The notes: generated by a model from the sequence alone, not told the origin. DNA of 45,791 nucleotides from Octopus sinensis (GCF_006345805.1 NW_021834985.1:1-45791), one strand, 5' to 3'. Shown: positions 1 through 12,090, numbered from the stretch's first letter. Numbers and translations: made by a program.

Positions 1-193
1 TCTATTCTACGGCATTTCATATCTATTCAGATTTTTATTAAGTCAGTTACTGTGAAGAGTACATTTTATCTATTCAAATGAAAATTTTTTTATTTACAGT
101 AATATCGATGGCTTTGAACCTCGAATCTCTTAAATAACGGGAAATAAAGGGGTTTGGTCATGTAATTTTTAAAAACCCTGAAAGCAGTGATCT

Positions 194-817
194 ATTAGAA
201 TGGTTAGCATGCCGGAGAAAATGCTTAGCGGTATTTTATCCGGCGAGCTGGCAGAATCGTTAGCACGCCGGGCGAAATGCTTAGCGGTATTTCGTCTGCC
301 GTTACGTTCTGAGTTCAAATTCCGCCGAGGTCGACTTTGCCTTTCATCCTTTCGGGGTCGATAAATTAAGTACGAATTACGCACTGGGGTCGATGTAATC
401 GACTTAATACCTATGTCTGTCCTTGTTTGTCCCCTCTGTGTTTAGCCCCTTGTGGGCAGTAAAGAAATCGGTATTTCGTCTGCCGTTACGTTCTGAGTTC
501 AAATTCCGCCGAGGTCGACTTTGTCTTTCATCCTTTCGGGGTCGATAAATTAAGTACCAGTTACGCACTGGGGTCGATGTAATCGACTTAATACCTATGT
601 CTGTCCTTGTTTGTCCCCTCTGTGTTTAGCCCCTTGTGGGTAATAAAGAAATAGGTATTTTATCCGTCTTTACGTTCTCAGATTAAATGCCGCCGCGATC
701 AGCTTTGCCTTCTTCCTTTCGGGGACGATTAAACAAGTATCAGTTGAGCACTGGGGTCGATGTAATCGACTTACCTCCTCCCCTGAGATTGCTGGCCATG
801 TGCCAAAATTTGAAATC
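194..817 (+). mobile_element. Older SINE-A copy (A1 tail) split by a younger A2 insertion; host parts 194-241 and 654-817
   Basis: Degenerate head (ttagcatgccggagaaaatgcttagc) to 241; body resumes at 654 and ends gccatgtgccaaaatttgaaatc; ggtattttatcc duplicated at 230-241 and 654-665. Confidence 0.8.
242..653 (+). mobile_element. tRNA-derived SINE-A2, head plus 2 tandem 184-bp bodies
   Basis: A-box-like tggcagaatcgtt, B-box gagttcaaattcc; ggtatttc recurs at 286 and 470 and ggtatttt at 654; 12-bp TSD. Confidence 0.85.
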
Positions 818-904
818 AATATTAAAAACCCGACATGATGTGGTAGACGTAAGGGTGCTGGATTTCCAAAGTTATGTCCAAAATTTCCAAAGGCTAAAGT
901 GAAG

Positions 905-1108
905 TACTCTCTTTACTTGTTTCAGTCATTTGACTGTGGCCATGCTGGAGCACCGCCTTTAGTCGAGCAAATCGACCCCGGGACTTATTTTTTGGAAGCC
1001 TAGTACTTATTCTATCGGCCTCTTTCGCTGAACCGTTAAGTTACGGGGACATAAACACACCAGGATCGGTTGTCAAGCGATGCTTGGGGGACAAACACAC
1101 AAACATAT

Positions 1109-1150
<42 letters not shown>

Positions 1151-1313
1151 GACAGGCTTCTTTCAGTTTCCGTCTACCAAATCCACTCACAAGGCTTTGG
1201 TCGGCCCGAGGCTATAGCAGAAGACACTTGCCCAAGGTGCCACGCAGTGGGACTGAACCCGGAACCATGTGGCTGGTAAGCAAGGTACTTACCACACAGC
1301 CACTCCTACGCCT
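905..1313 (-). mobile_element. SINE-B, full length (tRNA head, CORE-like segment, internal (TA)/(TG) microsatellite, 3' domain, (AAAGAG)-type tail)
   Basis: Minus strand reads aggcgtaggagtggctgtgtggtaag...gggttcagtccc...ccttgggcaagtgtcttct; colinear with 15686-16127. Confidence 0.85.
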
Positions 1314-1349
1314 AGTGTAGATAATTTTTTTCTTTTCTTTTTTTTTTAC

Positions 1350-1556
1350 AGATTTGGCACTCTACCAGTAATTTTCAGGTGGGGAGGTAGTTAATCGATT
1401 GCATCAACCCCAGTGCTCAACTGGTACTTATTTTATCGATCTTGAAAAGATGACAAGCAAAGTCGACCCCGGTGGCATTTGAACTCAAAGCATATAGAAC
1501 CGGAAGAAATACTACTACGCATTTCGTCCGGCGTGCTAACGATTCCGCCAGCTCGC
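1350..1556 (-). mobile_element. SINE-A, diverged copy
   Basis: Reverse complement matches gcgagctggcggaatcgttagcacgccgg...gagttcaaatgcc...agtaccagttgagcactgggg. Confidence 0.75.
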
Positions 1557-1606
1557 AAAATGATACAATTATTCAGCTACAAATATTTTTTTTTTCCGAT
1601 TGAAAG

Positions 1607-1960
1607 ATGGAACTAGGAAAACGAGTTTGTTGTCCGTTAATAAAATCAGTTTATTGTGTTGACAGACATTTCGAAAGCTTGAAAGGTTTTGGAATACTTC
1701 GTTTAAATAAAAGGGAAGCTTTGAAGTTAAAAGGTTTGGAAACCACTAATCGGGTGAGTATAGTTATGCATGGGCAAGCACCAAGTGAAAGATGTAGAGG
1801 AATGTCATAAACGGAGTGGTTGAACAACATCAGGGAATTAACAGGGGCCGTAAAAGATGGTGGACAACATAAAGTTGGCTTCTGATCAGTAAAGATGGAG
1901 GGAAGTGTTTATGCTTCTTGTTATGCCCCGAGAGCGTTCCCTGGTGTGATAATAATAATA
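1607..1960 (+). pseudogene. Degraded 3' end of an RTE-clade LINE ORF followed by a (TAA)n tail
   Basis: Translation IVMHGQAPSERCRG.*.EWLNNIRELTG resembles the RTE C-terminal I-M-x-G-x-x-x-G-x-R-x-RGR...W-L-D-N-I-x-E-x-TG motif; in-frame stop; taataataata near 1950. Confidence 0.55.
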
Positions 1961-2069
1961 CTAATATTATATTGATTTACAAATATTGTAGAGATATATT
2001 ACTATCTTATTTATACATAGATAGCTCACTTGTAAGTTATTACATTTATACATCAATATATACATAATA

Positions 2070-2215
<146 letters not shown>

Positions 2216-2445
2216 AATTAATAATAAATATTAGGGAATAAATCCAAACTTACAGGGAAAAATCAGATTTAGGATTGAATCCAATTTTATAGTAAAATAT
2301 TATATTATATTAAATTAGAGATAAAACCACTATTAGGTAAATCATACAATGAAAAACTTAAGCCAATACATAAAATTAATTATTTTATATTATTTTAAAT
2401 ATATATCAAAAGTATTAAAAGATTAATAAAAGATAATGATTAAAA
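2216..2445 (+). repeat. AT-rich dispersed repeat G directly after (TA)n
   Basis: aataataaatattagggaataaatccaaa(c/t)ttacagggaaaaatcagatt...tccaattttatagta is also at about 24203-24277. Confidence 0.7.
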
Positions 2446-2448
2446 CAC

Positions 2449-2479
<31 letters not shown>

Positions 2480-2550
2480 TGTATGTATGTATATGTATAT
2501 ATGTAGTATGTATGTATGTATGTATGTATGTATGTATGTATAGGTATATT

Positions 2551-2747
2551 AAGACGGCAAGCTGACAGAGTGCTAAGCGGCATTTGGTTCGTCTTTATAT
2601 TCAGAGTTCAAATTCTGCGGAAGTCGACTTTATTTTTTTATCCTTTTGGGGGTCGATAAAATAAGCACCAGTTGAACATTGGAATCGTTGTAATCGATTT
2701 ATACTCGTCCATGAACTCGCTGGCCTTGTTCCAAATTTTCAAAACCA
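2551..2747 (+). mobile_element. SINE-A, old internally deleted copy
   Basis: agacggcaagctgacag...gagttcaaattctgcggaagtcgactt...ggccttgttccaaattttcaaaacc. Confidence 0.7.
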
Positions 2748-2777
2748 ATAATATATATAGATATATATTTTTTTATT

Positions 2778-2975
2778 TGCTTCTGTCTTTGAACTGTCTA
2801 AGGCCATACTGGAGTACCACCTTGACAGGTATAGTCATTTTTTTTTTTTTAGAAGTATGTTACTTATTCTATCGGTCTCATTCGCCGCACCATTAGTTAC
2901 AGGGACGTAAACAAACCAGCACGGGTTGGCAAACGATGGTTGGAAGGGGATAAACACAAACACAAAGACACACGC
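2778..2975 (-). mobile_element. SINE-B 3' half, old, running into a long microsatellite (about 2975-3510)
   Basis: ggccatactggagtaccacc...ttattctatcggtctc...gggacgtaaacaaaccagc matches the SINE-B 3' domain. Confidence 0.65.
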
Positions 2976-3173
2976 AAACATACATACACACACAGAAGTG
3001 TGTACATACATATACATATATATATACATAAATATAAATATATATATATATATAATATATATACATACATTCATATACATATATTATATATATATATATT
3101 CATCTACATGTATATATGTATTCATACATATAATAATATATAAATGTTTATGTACATATATGTTACACATATA

Positions 3174-3223
<50 letters not shown>

Positions 3224-3428
3224 TATTAATTATCATATATATATATTCAATATATATATGTTATATATTATATATATATATGGTGTGTGTGTGTGTGTGT
3301 GTATGTAGGTTGTATTCATATACTATATATGTGTGTGTGTGTGTGTGTCTGTGTGTGTGTTTATATATGTATATAGTTGAAACTTATAGAAAAACAAAGA
3401 ACGAAAATAGGTGTATGAACAACATGTA

Positions 3429-3481
<53 letters not shown>

Positions 3482-3609
3482 GAGAGAGAGCGTGTGTGTG
3501 TGTGTGTATTTCGTGTTACCCTCAGAACCGGCGCACGTTACCAGAATTTTCGACTAGAGTCAATTATACCAAACTACTCCAAATCGTTGTCTGAGTAACC
3601 GCATAAGTA

Positions 3610-3652
3610 GAGTCTAGACGAGTGGAGTCTAGACGAGTGGAGTCTAGACGAG
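3610..3652. repeat. 15-bp unit x3 (gagtctagacgagtg) with palindromic GTCTAGAC core
   Basis: Direct reading. Confidence 0.9.
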
Positions 3653-3850
3653 CTAGTTTCTATTGGCAGTGAGTCGAATAAGTTGTAATAATGAAGTGAA
3701 ACCAAATAGTAATATTTTGAAATCATTTAATACGCACGTTTCAGGTTTGCCTAATAGATATTTGAAAATGCATCCATTGACTATGGAAGGTTTACATAAT
3801 GAATGCATTTTATTCAGTTATATATTACACAAACCTGAAACACATTGACA

Positions 3851-3852
<2 letters not shown>

Positions 3853-3896
<44 letters not shown>

Positions 3897-3924
3897 ACAC
3901 ACATATACAGACATACATATATAC

Positions 3925-4013
<89 letters not shown>

Positions 4014-4020
4014 TAGATAT
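3853..4020. repeat. (CA)n then (GATA)n microsatellites
   Basis: Direct reading. Confidence 0.95.
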
Positions 4021-4159
4021 AAGGATACCATTGTTTACAATAATATCAAATGGTATAGCATGCGTAACTAACCATTAAGCTGCTATTTTTAGCGTGCTGG
4101 TGCCACTTGTAGCACCCTTATTTATTTATATATATATATAAATATATGTATATATTGTT

Positions 4160-4775
4160 TGTAGAAATACATAAACTTGCAGAAAAAGCAGACGTTGAGA
4201 TGTGGAGCAGTTCCTCGATGCCAATGAAGCTCGATGACCAATGGCAAAGGGAAATAATCACCTATGCATTTCCCCCTCCATGTTTTGAAGAGGTGTTAGG
4301 CCAGCACTGTTTGGGGTCTGAAGATACGCCGTAAAGGCTAAACCCCTTATGAGCGAGAAATCCATGGTAACTCCTTAAACCGACCCCCATTATATATATA
4401 CTCTCTCCTTCATAAGCTCGTCCTAGCGTTCAGAAAATTTTTTCTATCGTCTTGGCTTAACAACCTCACACGTTTGTTTTCACTGTTTTGTTCTCACTGT
4501 CCTGTTCTTGTTACCACTTTCACCCTCCGCAAAGATTCCAAATTTTATTTAATTTGCTTTGCGGGAAGGACTGTTTCAAGAAGTCGCGTCTTGTCCTTAC
4601 CTTCGAAATGCGGAGTAATTGAAAGAAGGACAACTGATGAAGGGGAATATTCTTTATGTTGTATATCTCGTTTCTCTGTTTTTTTCGTAGTTCGAAAAAA
4701 AAAGTTCGTTTCTATGTTTTTGTTTTTATGTTTTCGTTTCTCATTGTGTTCAACGTTTTTTTGATGTCCTGTACC
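4160..4775 (+). mobile_element. Possible Penelope-like terminal repeat remnant
   Basis: ctgaaga...gcc-gtaaa-ggc-taaac near 4318 and ctgatgaagg near 4634 resemble PLE terminal motifs; no protein support. Confidence 0.25.
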
Positions 4776-4874
4776 CATATATGCATGTATATATACATAT
4801 ATGTGTAGGTATGTACATATATGTATGTATATATGCATATATTTATATATTACTTATATTATTATTATTATTAA

Positions 4875-4937
<63 letters not shown>

Positions 4938-4940
4938 CAT

Positions 4941-5497
4941 TGAGTGAGCGAGCAGTTCATGCCATCAAAGTGACACTGGGTTAAAATATACGAAGCCCAA
5001 TATACCCATCATGACTACCCGTCTGATAAGGGTACACCAGGCACATGCATCACAACCATATGTGCGCGACATGGTGATCTCATATCAAGATAAACAGCAC
5101 ATGACCTTGCAGGTGGGGCCCAGTTAGAATTTTCTTCAGGTTGAGTAGCCTATCCTGCTCAAACGGTCCCTGAATAAGAGTTGTTTAAGGATGTTGAAAG
5201 AACCACCCATGTTTCCAGAGGTGAACTATTCAAACCCCAAAAGGAATCCCTCTCAACACATGGCTATGAATGCTCCCCCGACTCTTTGCTCGTGATCAGA
5301 GATGCACGATCGTCAGCCCTAAGGGACAGCTCAACTGTTAGATGTCAAACAACTGGACAAGTAGATCTGTGGTATTGAGCAGAATATTTGCTGTAGCCAT
5401 CTTTTTATACCAAGACAAAACAATGTACATGATAACACTTCCAATCAGTTCAGATCAGAAGCCATGAGAGCCACTGCCTGGTACTGGCATAGGGCAT
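4941..5497 (-). mobile_element. Non-coding dispersed element C (about 557 bp) flanked on both sides by (TAA)n
   Basis: Highly similar second copy at 33981-34473; (att)n at about 4855-4940 and 5498-5555. Confidence 0.8.
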
Positions 5498-5503
5498 TTA
5501 TTA

Positions 5504-5541
<38 letters not shown>

Positions 5542-5564
5542 TATTATTATTTATATATTATATT

Positions 5565-5750
5565 TATACGAAGGACTTTCTAAAAGTTTCCATCAACCAA
5601 AGTCAATCTTAAGGCTCAAGGCATTGGTTAGTCCGGGACTATAGCAAAAGACAATAGCCCAAGGTTCCGCGTAATATGACTGGAACCCGACTGAACCTGA
5701 AACCATAGGGTTGCAAAGCGAGCTTCTTGACCACACAGCTGTGCCTACAC
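5565..5750 (-). mobile_element. SINE-B 5' half, old
   Basis: gtttccatcaaccaaa...ctatagcaaaagac...gcccaagg...ctgaacctgaaacc...accacacagc. Confidence 0.6.
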
Positions 5751-5869
5751 TTGTCTATCCTTACATCATAACAGAGAATAATCTGCACGCACAAACTCAT
5801 ATACACACATGCACATCACAGACGCTTGTACCAAGAGTCACGCAGAGGGATTGAAACAAAGGCCTTATG

Positions 5870-6022
5870 ATGGGGGCGAACTGGCAGAAACGTTAGCACG
5901 CCGGGCGAAATGCTTTGTGGTATTTCGTCCGCCGCTGCGTTCTGAGTTCAAATTTCACCGAGGTCGACTTTGCTTTTCATCCTTTCGGGGTCGATGAATT
6001 AAGTACTAGTTACGCACTGGGG
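5870..6022 (+). mobile_element. SINE-A2-type copy, 3' truncated
   Basis: ggcgaactggcagaaacgttagcacgccgggcg...agttacgcactgggg then breaks off. Confidence 0.8.
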
Positions 6023-6139
6023 TAGAGTATCCATGAACCGTTAATCCCTACACATTTTATTTTCTTTCACCGTTTGCTTGTTTTTTTTTTCTCATCCCGT
6101 TTTTATTAAATTTTTTTCGATCTATTTCTTTTTTTTTTT

Positions 6140-6275
6140 CCTCTCAACCCTTTGTCGAAGAACGTAGGCTCGAAACGCCAAAGACTTTTCCATTCTTCCC
6201 GAGCGTCAAACTAATACACCTGCTTGTTGTTCCCTCGCCAGTCTTCGTCTTTTGTTTTCTGTAAATCTGAACTAT
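6140..6275 (+). mobile_element. Possible Penelope-like terminal repeat fragment
   Basis: gtcgaagaacgtaggctcgaaacg resembles a degenerate GAAGA-hairpin-GAAAC terminal motif; pattern recognition only. Confidence 0.3.
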
Positions 6276-6329
6276 GTATGGGTGTGTGTGTGTGTGTGTG
6301 CTTTTGTGTGCGCGCGCGCGTAAGTGTGT

Positions 6330-6494
6330 GTATACAACGAGCTTCAAGTAGTTTCCGTTGACCAAATCCATTCACAAGGCTTCGGCTGTCCTAAGGCCAT
6401 AGTAGAAAACATTTGCCCAACGTGCGAGGGAGTGGGATTGAACCCGGACGTGGTTGGTAAGCACGCTTCTTGCTACACAGCCACGCCTGCGCCA
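6330..6494 (-). mobile_element. SINE-B 5' half, diverged
   Basis: gtttccgttgaccaaatccattcacaaggc...ttgaacccgg...acagccacgcctgcgcc. Confidence 0.7.
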
Positions 6495-6513
6495 ATATGT
6501 ATGCATGTGTGTG

Positions 6514-6547
<34 letters not shown>

Positions 6548-6554
6548 GATAGGC

Positions 6555-6585
<31 letters not shown>

Positions 6586-6598
6586 TAGATAGATAGAT

Positions 6599-6762
6599 AT
6601 GTTTCTTTATTAGCCACACAGGGCTGCACACAGACAGGACAAATTACAAGGTAGAGCTTTTCTTTTGGGGGTAAAAAAAAGGGGTTTGGTTTTCGATCAA
6701 AAGGGATCGTAAAGGGAAAAACAGAGGACAAAAAAGGGGTGGATAAAATTAAAAAAAAAAAA
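6599..6762 (-). mobile_element. Element H: short retroelement 3' end embedded in (GATA)n/(GACA)n (about 6518-7080)
   Basis: Minus-strand end tgtcctgtctgtgtgcagccctgtgtggctaataaagaaac resembles the SINE-A2 tail gtcccctctgtgtttagccccttgtgggtaataaagaaat. Confidence 0.5.
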
Positions 6763-6812
6763 GACAGACCGACAGATAGATAGATAGATAGATAGATACA
6801 CAAACACAGAGG

Positions 6813-6886
<74 letters not shown>

Positions 6887-6887
6887 C

Positions 6888-6926
<39 letters not shown>

Positions 6927-6975
6927 TAGATAGACAGACAGACAGATAGACAGACAGACAGACAGACAGATAGAC

Positions 6976-7053
<78 letters not shown>

Positions 7054-7452
7054 CCAGACATACATACATACATACATACACACTAAATTAATCAATCAAA
7101 GTGCTAACACTACGGTATTGTTTGTGTTTCGATCTGTCAAATACCCCCTTCATCCCTACACTGTACCGCTCCTTCCTTTAGCAACTCCAGCTGCACCGCC
7201 AAACCATTCCAGTCACTTCACCGAACATCTTTCTTCCATTAAAAACAGACTCAAAAGCAAGTTTAATGTTTAACACTCACAGTTTGTCTCTTAAACAGTA
7301 AATAATAGCCGAGAGCAATCTCAGGGGAGATAAATACATTCGACTGTGACGACAATATATTTCTTACCGATGCATCGGTTTGGTTTAGAAGCTTTGGATA
7401 CAGCGAAAAGATTTATGTTATAAGCCAGCTTCAAATATCTTACGATTGTTGA

Positions 7453-7454
<2 letters not shown>

Positions 7455-7515
<61 letters not shown>

Positions 7516-7561
7516 TTCTCTCTAAAACCCCCTGTCTCTCTCTCCCTTTGTCTTTTCTTTT

Positions 7562-7595
<34 letters not shown>

Positions 7596-7730
7596 ACCCC
7601 CTGTCTCTCTCTCTCTTTGTCTTTTCTTTCGCTCTCTCTTTTCCTCTATCTCTCTCTTTCTGTCTCTCTCTTTGTCTCTCTTTGTCTCTCTCTCTTCTTC
7701 TCTCTCGTTCGCTCTCACTCTCTCGTCCTC
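7455..7730. repeat. (CT)n cryptic microsatellite
   Basis: Direct reading. Confidence 0.95.
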
Positions 7731-7780
7731 CTTATCTCTGACACTTCGTGCGCAAGTGTATGCATGCCTACATATTTAAT

Positions 7781-7829
<49 letters not shown>

Positions 7830-8676
7830 GATGTATGTATGTATGTATGTATATAAATGTATGTATATGCATATATATGTTTACATACTTATTTATATAT
7901 GTGTGTGTCTATGTCTGTGTATCTGTATACGTGTGTATGTGTGCGTTTCTTTGAGATTTATTCAGGTCCTTTATCGAATTCAAGCCAGTCACAAACAAAA
8001 GTGACAAAGCATCTTTGAGTTAAGACAGCAACAACGATTTCTTTCTAAACGAATACGAGTTAATAAATATAGGTCGGCATATATATAAAACATACCTGAA
8101 CTCATGAAATTGATGGGCATCTTTCGTTCACTTTTATGGATACCGACTTCACTATTACACCGTTCGCTCCGCTCTCTCTCTTTGTCTCTTGTGGATTAAG
8201 ACTAAGAAAATAAGAACGTCAGCAAAAATGGCAACCGCCAGAACTGCCACAAACAACAACAACAACTACAACAACAACAGCAGAAACTACAATCATTGAA
8301 AGCTGAAGATGCGCATTCAAATAAGCTCAACTCTTCATCTCATGACTGTTTAACTACATCTCTCTCTCTTTCTTTCTCTCTCTCTTTCCTTCTCTCTCTC
8401 TTTCCTTCTCTCTCTCTCTCTCTCTCTTTTTCTCTCTCTCTCTTTCTCTCGTTTTCACTGTCTCACCCTAAGCATCCACACAAGAACGACTCGTTTTATA
8501 TTTTGATTGAGATGGAGAACAAAATCAAATGCAGGACGGATATTGTGACAACTCCAGGAGACTTGTTTCAGCATTATAAGACCTCATCAGAGAAGCTTAG
8601 CCAAATTGTGATTGCTACATCTTAGGACTGCTAAATATCAGACTCACTCTCCACTACATTCTATATTAAATAAAGT

Positions 8677-8774
8677 TTATACAAAAATTCTATAATTATG
8701 AGTATAATTATAATTAGGGTTCAGCAAAAAACCCTAATTATAATTATACCCATAATTATAGAATTTTTGTATAA
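8677..8774. other. Near-perfect inverted repeat: 45-bp arms, 8-nt loop, one mismatch
   Basis: 8677-8721 equals the reverse complement of 8730-8774 except A8701 opposite C8750. Confidence 0.95.
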
Positions 8775-8906
8775 GTCTACCGATAATGGTTCTTTTAATA
8801 TACAGGACTACTTGGTAAAATTATTAATTATTGATTAATTAATTAATTATAATTAATTTTACTCTTTATTATTATTAAATAAATTTTAAATAGTTAATTA
8901 ATATAT

Positions 8907-9065
8907 CGGAGTTGCCATCCATCTTTACACCCTGAATTCGAATATCGCCAAGGTCATCTTTGCCTTTCATCATTTTAGGGTCGATAGAATGAGTCCTAGT
9001 TAAGTAATGGGGTCATTATATTCAACTTAGCTCCTCCACAAAACGGCTGGCCTAGTGCCAACCAA
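8907..9065 (+). mobile_element. SINE-A, old 5'-truncated copy
   Basis: ctgaattcgaatatcgccaaggtcatctttgcctttcatc...gggtcgatag...ggctggcctagtgcc. Confidence 0.6.
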
Positions 9066-9134
9066 TATTTTGAACTTGCCTCCGCCTAACATTTTTGCCA
9101 GAATTATTTAGAAGAATGTTGTTGTCACCTTTAA

Positions 9135-9297
9135 TTACTCTTTTACTCTTTTACTTGTTTCAGTCATTTGACTGCGGCCATGTTGAAGCACCGCCTTTAG
9201 TCGAGCAAATCGACACCAGAAGTTATTCTTTGTAAGCCTAGTATTTATTCTATCGGTCTCTTCTGCCGAACCGTTAAGTTACGGGGAGGTAAACACA
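9135..9297 (-). mobile_element. SINE-B 3' half only
   Basis: tactcttttacttgtttcagtcatttgactgcggcc...ccgaaccgttaagttacgggg. Confidence 0.8.
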
Positions 9298-9299
9298 GA

Positions 9300-9990
9300 G
9301 ATTTCAATTACGCGAGTTGGTATTGGATGATTAGTAAGGCTTGTACTTATGACTTGTTCAGATCACGTGATGAGCTGCCATTAACTACTGCTGGATGGAA
9401 CTGTTACTAAACGATGACTGTTGCTAACTAAGGCTGCTACTGACTAATGACCGAATCGGCGACTGACGACTGCAACTAGGTGAGAGGTCGTCTCGCTTGC
9501 TATGGTTTGGGAATCCTATATTAAGTGTTTCAGCAAAGTTTCTGGGAGTATCAGTGAAGATTGTAGAACTAACGTTTAAGGGAATATTAGTAACAGAGAG
9601 TGGATAAAGCAAACAGCTAATAAACTGTAATTACTCACGTGGATAGATGTAGGATGAAAGTTCAGTTCTCGATTAAAGGAAAACAGTAGAGAGCTCCACA
9701 AGTGGGGTTCTTTAGTGACTAATTTTAAACCTCTCAACCAACAAAATGACAGTTCAAATTTCCTTTAAGAGATTCTGCAGGTTGTTGCATCATAGGTAGT
9801 TTTTCGCAGAGACAAAGGTGACATCCATCGTTTTCAGCAAGGTTTTTCTCTAGTCACCCTCAAATAGTGGTTACAGATGAATAATGAGAGGCTTTGTTGA
9901 GAATATTCTATGTCATATTGGTTGGAGCAATTCATAAATCTGGGAATCACCAGATAAACGAGACAGAAACGCAGAATTTTCCTTATTCCT
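9300..9990 (-). pseudogene. Possible Penelope-like element 3' end (GIY-YIG C-terminal fragment plus terminal repeat)
   Basis: Minus-strand peptide ENDGCHLCLCEKLPMMQQPAESLKGNLN (about 9750-9840) resembles the PLE CxLCLxEK...LN motif; surrounded by stops. Confidence 0.35.
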
Positions 9991-10524
9991 AAAACCTGAA
10001 GGAATGCATATATTGTGTGAACCTTGTCTTGAAGTTATTGTTAGAAAGTCCTGTACATGACCGTGGGATATCAAAGGTGTAATAGTTACCTTTAGATCAC
10101 CGCTTTGGAGAGCAGAATACTACACTATTCTACACTACACTGCATACCCCACAGTACACATCACCAAACTACTCAAACACTACCACACCACACTTCATGC
10201 CAAACATTTACACCGAACACTTTACATCACCACATTACACGCAGCCACACAACACACCGTGACTACACTGCATACACAACACAACGCGCACGTACACACC
10301 ACCACTACCACCACTACTACTACTACTATTACCATCACCGCCACCAAAACCACCATCACCACCATCACCACTATCACCACCACCATCATCATCATCATCA
10401 ACACCATCACTACCACCAACATCATCATCACCTCCACCACTAAAACCACCACCACCACCACCATCATTGCCTGCATCGCCACCGCCATTACCACTATCAC
10501 CACCTCCACCACTATCACCTCCAC

Positions 10525-10944
10525 CACTATCATCACCACCACCATTATCACCACCTTTACTATCACCACCACCACCCTACTATCACCGCCGCCGTCACCA
10601 CCACCAGCACTATCATCACCACCACCATTATCACCACCTTTACTATCACCACCACCACCCTACTATCACCGCCGCCGTCACCACCACCAGCACTATCATC
10701 ACCACCACCATTATCACCACCTTTACTATCACCACCACCACCCTACTATCACCGCCGCCGTCACCACCACCAGCACTATCATCACCACCACCATTATCAC
10801 CACCTTTACTATCACCACCACCACCCTACTATCACCGCCGCCGTCACCACCACCAGCACTATCATCACCACCACCATTATCACCACCTTTACTATCACCA
10901 CCACCACCCTACTATCACCGCCGCCGTCACCACCACCAGCACTA
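10525..10944. repeat. 83-bp unit x5 inside a (CAC/CAT/TAT) cryptic trinucleotide tract (about 10180-10980)
   Basis: ccgccgccgtcacc recurs at 10586, 10669, 10752, 10835 and 10918. Confidence 0.9.
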
Positions 10945-11279
10945 CAATCACCACCAGCACCGCAATCACCACCACCACAATGTGAAAAGCAACGGAATAC
11001 TTTGCGAGACGTGTAAAAATCCGGAATGGGGAAGGTGACACAATAAACACGACGTCGTCAGAAACGAAACGAACCAGAGTGAGAGACTCCGATCATAATT
11101 TTCAATTTGCCACATTGAATCTCTTCTACCATAGTGATATATGTTCACACCTTGTGTAATTCTGTTTCGCCACATCCAGAATGTCTCTAGCGAGGCCCCA
11201 GGAGGGGGAAGCAGTAGCAATTCCATGATAAGCTACCTTATCATGATAAATGTCATTTACATAACTGATATGATTGTGG

Positions 11280-11286
11280 TGTTTGT

Positions 11287-11326
<40 letters not shown>

Positions 11327-11338
11327 ATGAGTGTATGT

Positions 11339-11386
<48 letters not shown>

Positions 11387-11683
11387 ATGTAGGAGTGAGA
11401 TGGTGTGTATATTTGAGTGCGAGTGCGCGTGTGGCTTTATGTATGTTTTGTATGTGTGTGGTTTTGTGTGTATGTGTGTGTGGTTTTGTCTGTGTGTGTG
11501 TGTGTGGTTTTCTCTGTGTGTGTGTGTGTGTGTGTGGTTTTGAGTATGTGAGTGTGTGTGTTTTTGTGTATGTGTGTGGTTTTGCATTTGTGTTTGGTTT
11601 TGCGTGTGTATGTGGATTTGCGTGTGTGTGTGTGTATGTGTGTGTTTGTGTGTGTGTGGTTTTGCGTGTGTGTGTGGTTTTGC

Positions 11684-11721
<38 letters not shown>

Positions 11722-11825
11722 TTGTGTGTGTTTGGTTTTGCGCATGTGTGTGTGGTTTTGCGTGTGTGTGTGGTTTTGCGTGTGTGTGTGGATTTGCGTG
11801 TGTGTGTGTTTGTGGGTGCGTGTGT
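11280..11825. repeat. (TG)n cryptic microsatellite punctuated by ggttttg
   Basis: Direct reading. Confidence 0.9.
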
Positions 11826-11899
11826 CTTTAGTTTCCTCTTGGCAATGAGATTACTTGCCACCGTTTCAGGTGTGAATGTATTAGCAACAGAGACAGCAT

Positions 11900-11960
11900 G
11901 ACCATCATCATCATCAGCATTACAATAATCATCACAACCACCACCACTGCCACTGCTGCT

Positions 11961-11993
<33 letters not shown>

Positions 11994-12090
11994 GTTACAA
12001 AAACCATCTCCACTACCATGTCATCACCACCATCACCACCTCCAGCGCCATCAGCAGCAGCAGCAGCAGAAGCAGCAGCATCATAACAAC
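11900..12090. repeat. (CAT)/(CAC)/(CAG) trinucleotide mosaic
   Basis: Direct reading. Confidence 0.9.

Noticed and set aside
9639-9995. Minus-strand exon bounded by ttccttcag and gtgagt
   Set aside because: All three frames contain stops; better explained as a decayed retroelement.
10105-11038. Thr-, Pro- or His-rich ORFs resembling mucin or extensin
   Set aside because: Trinucleotide tract with an 83-bp period that shifts frame; no splice or composition support.
11223-11244. 9-bp hairpin catgataag-ctac-cttatcatg as a Helitron terminus (similar one at about 32122-32151)
   Set aside because: No downstream CTRR end or other Helitron hallmark; expected by chance.
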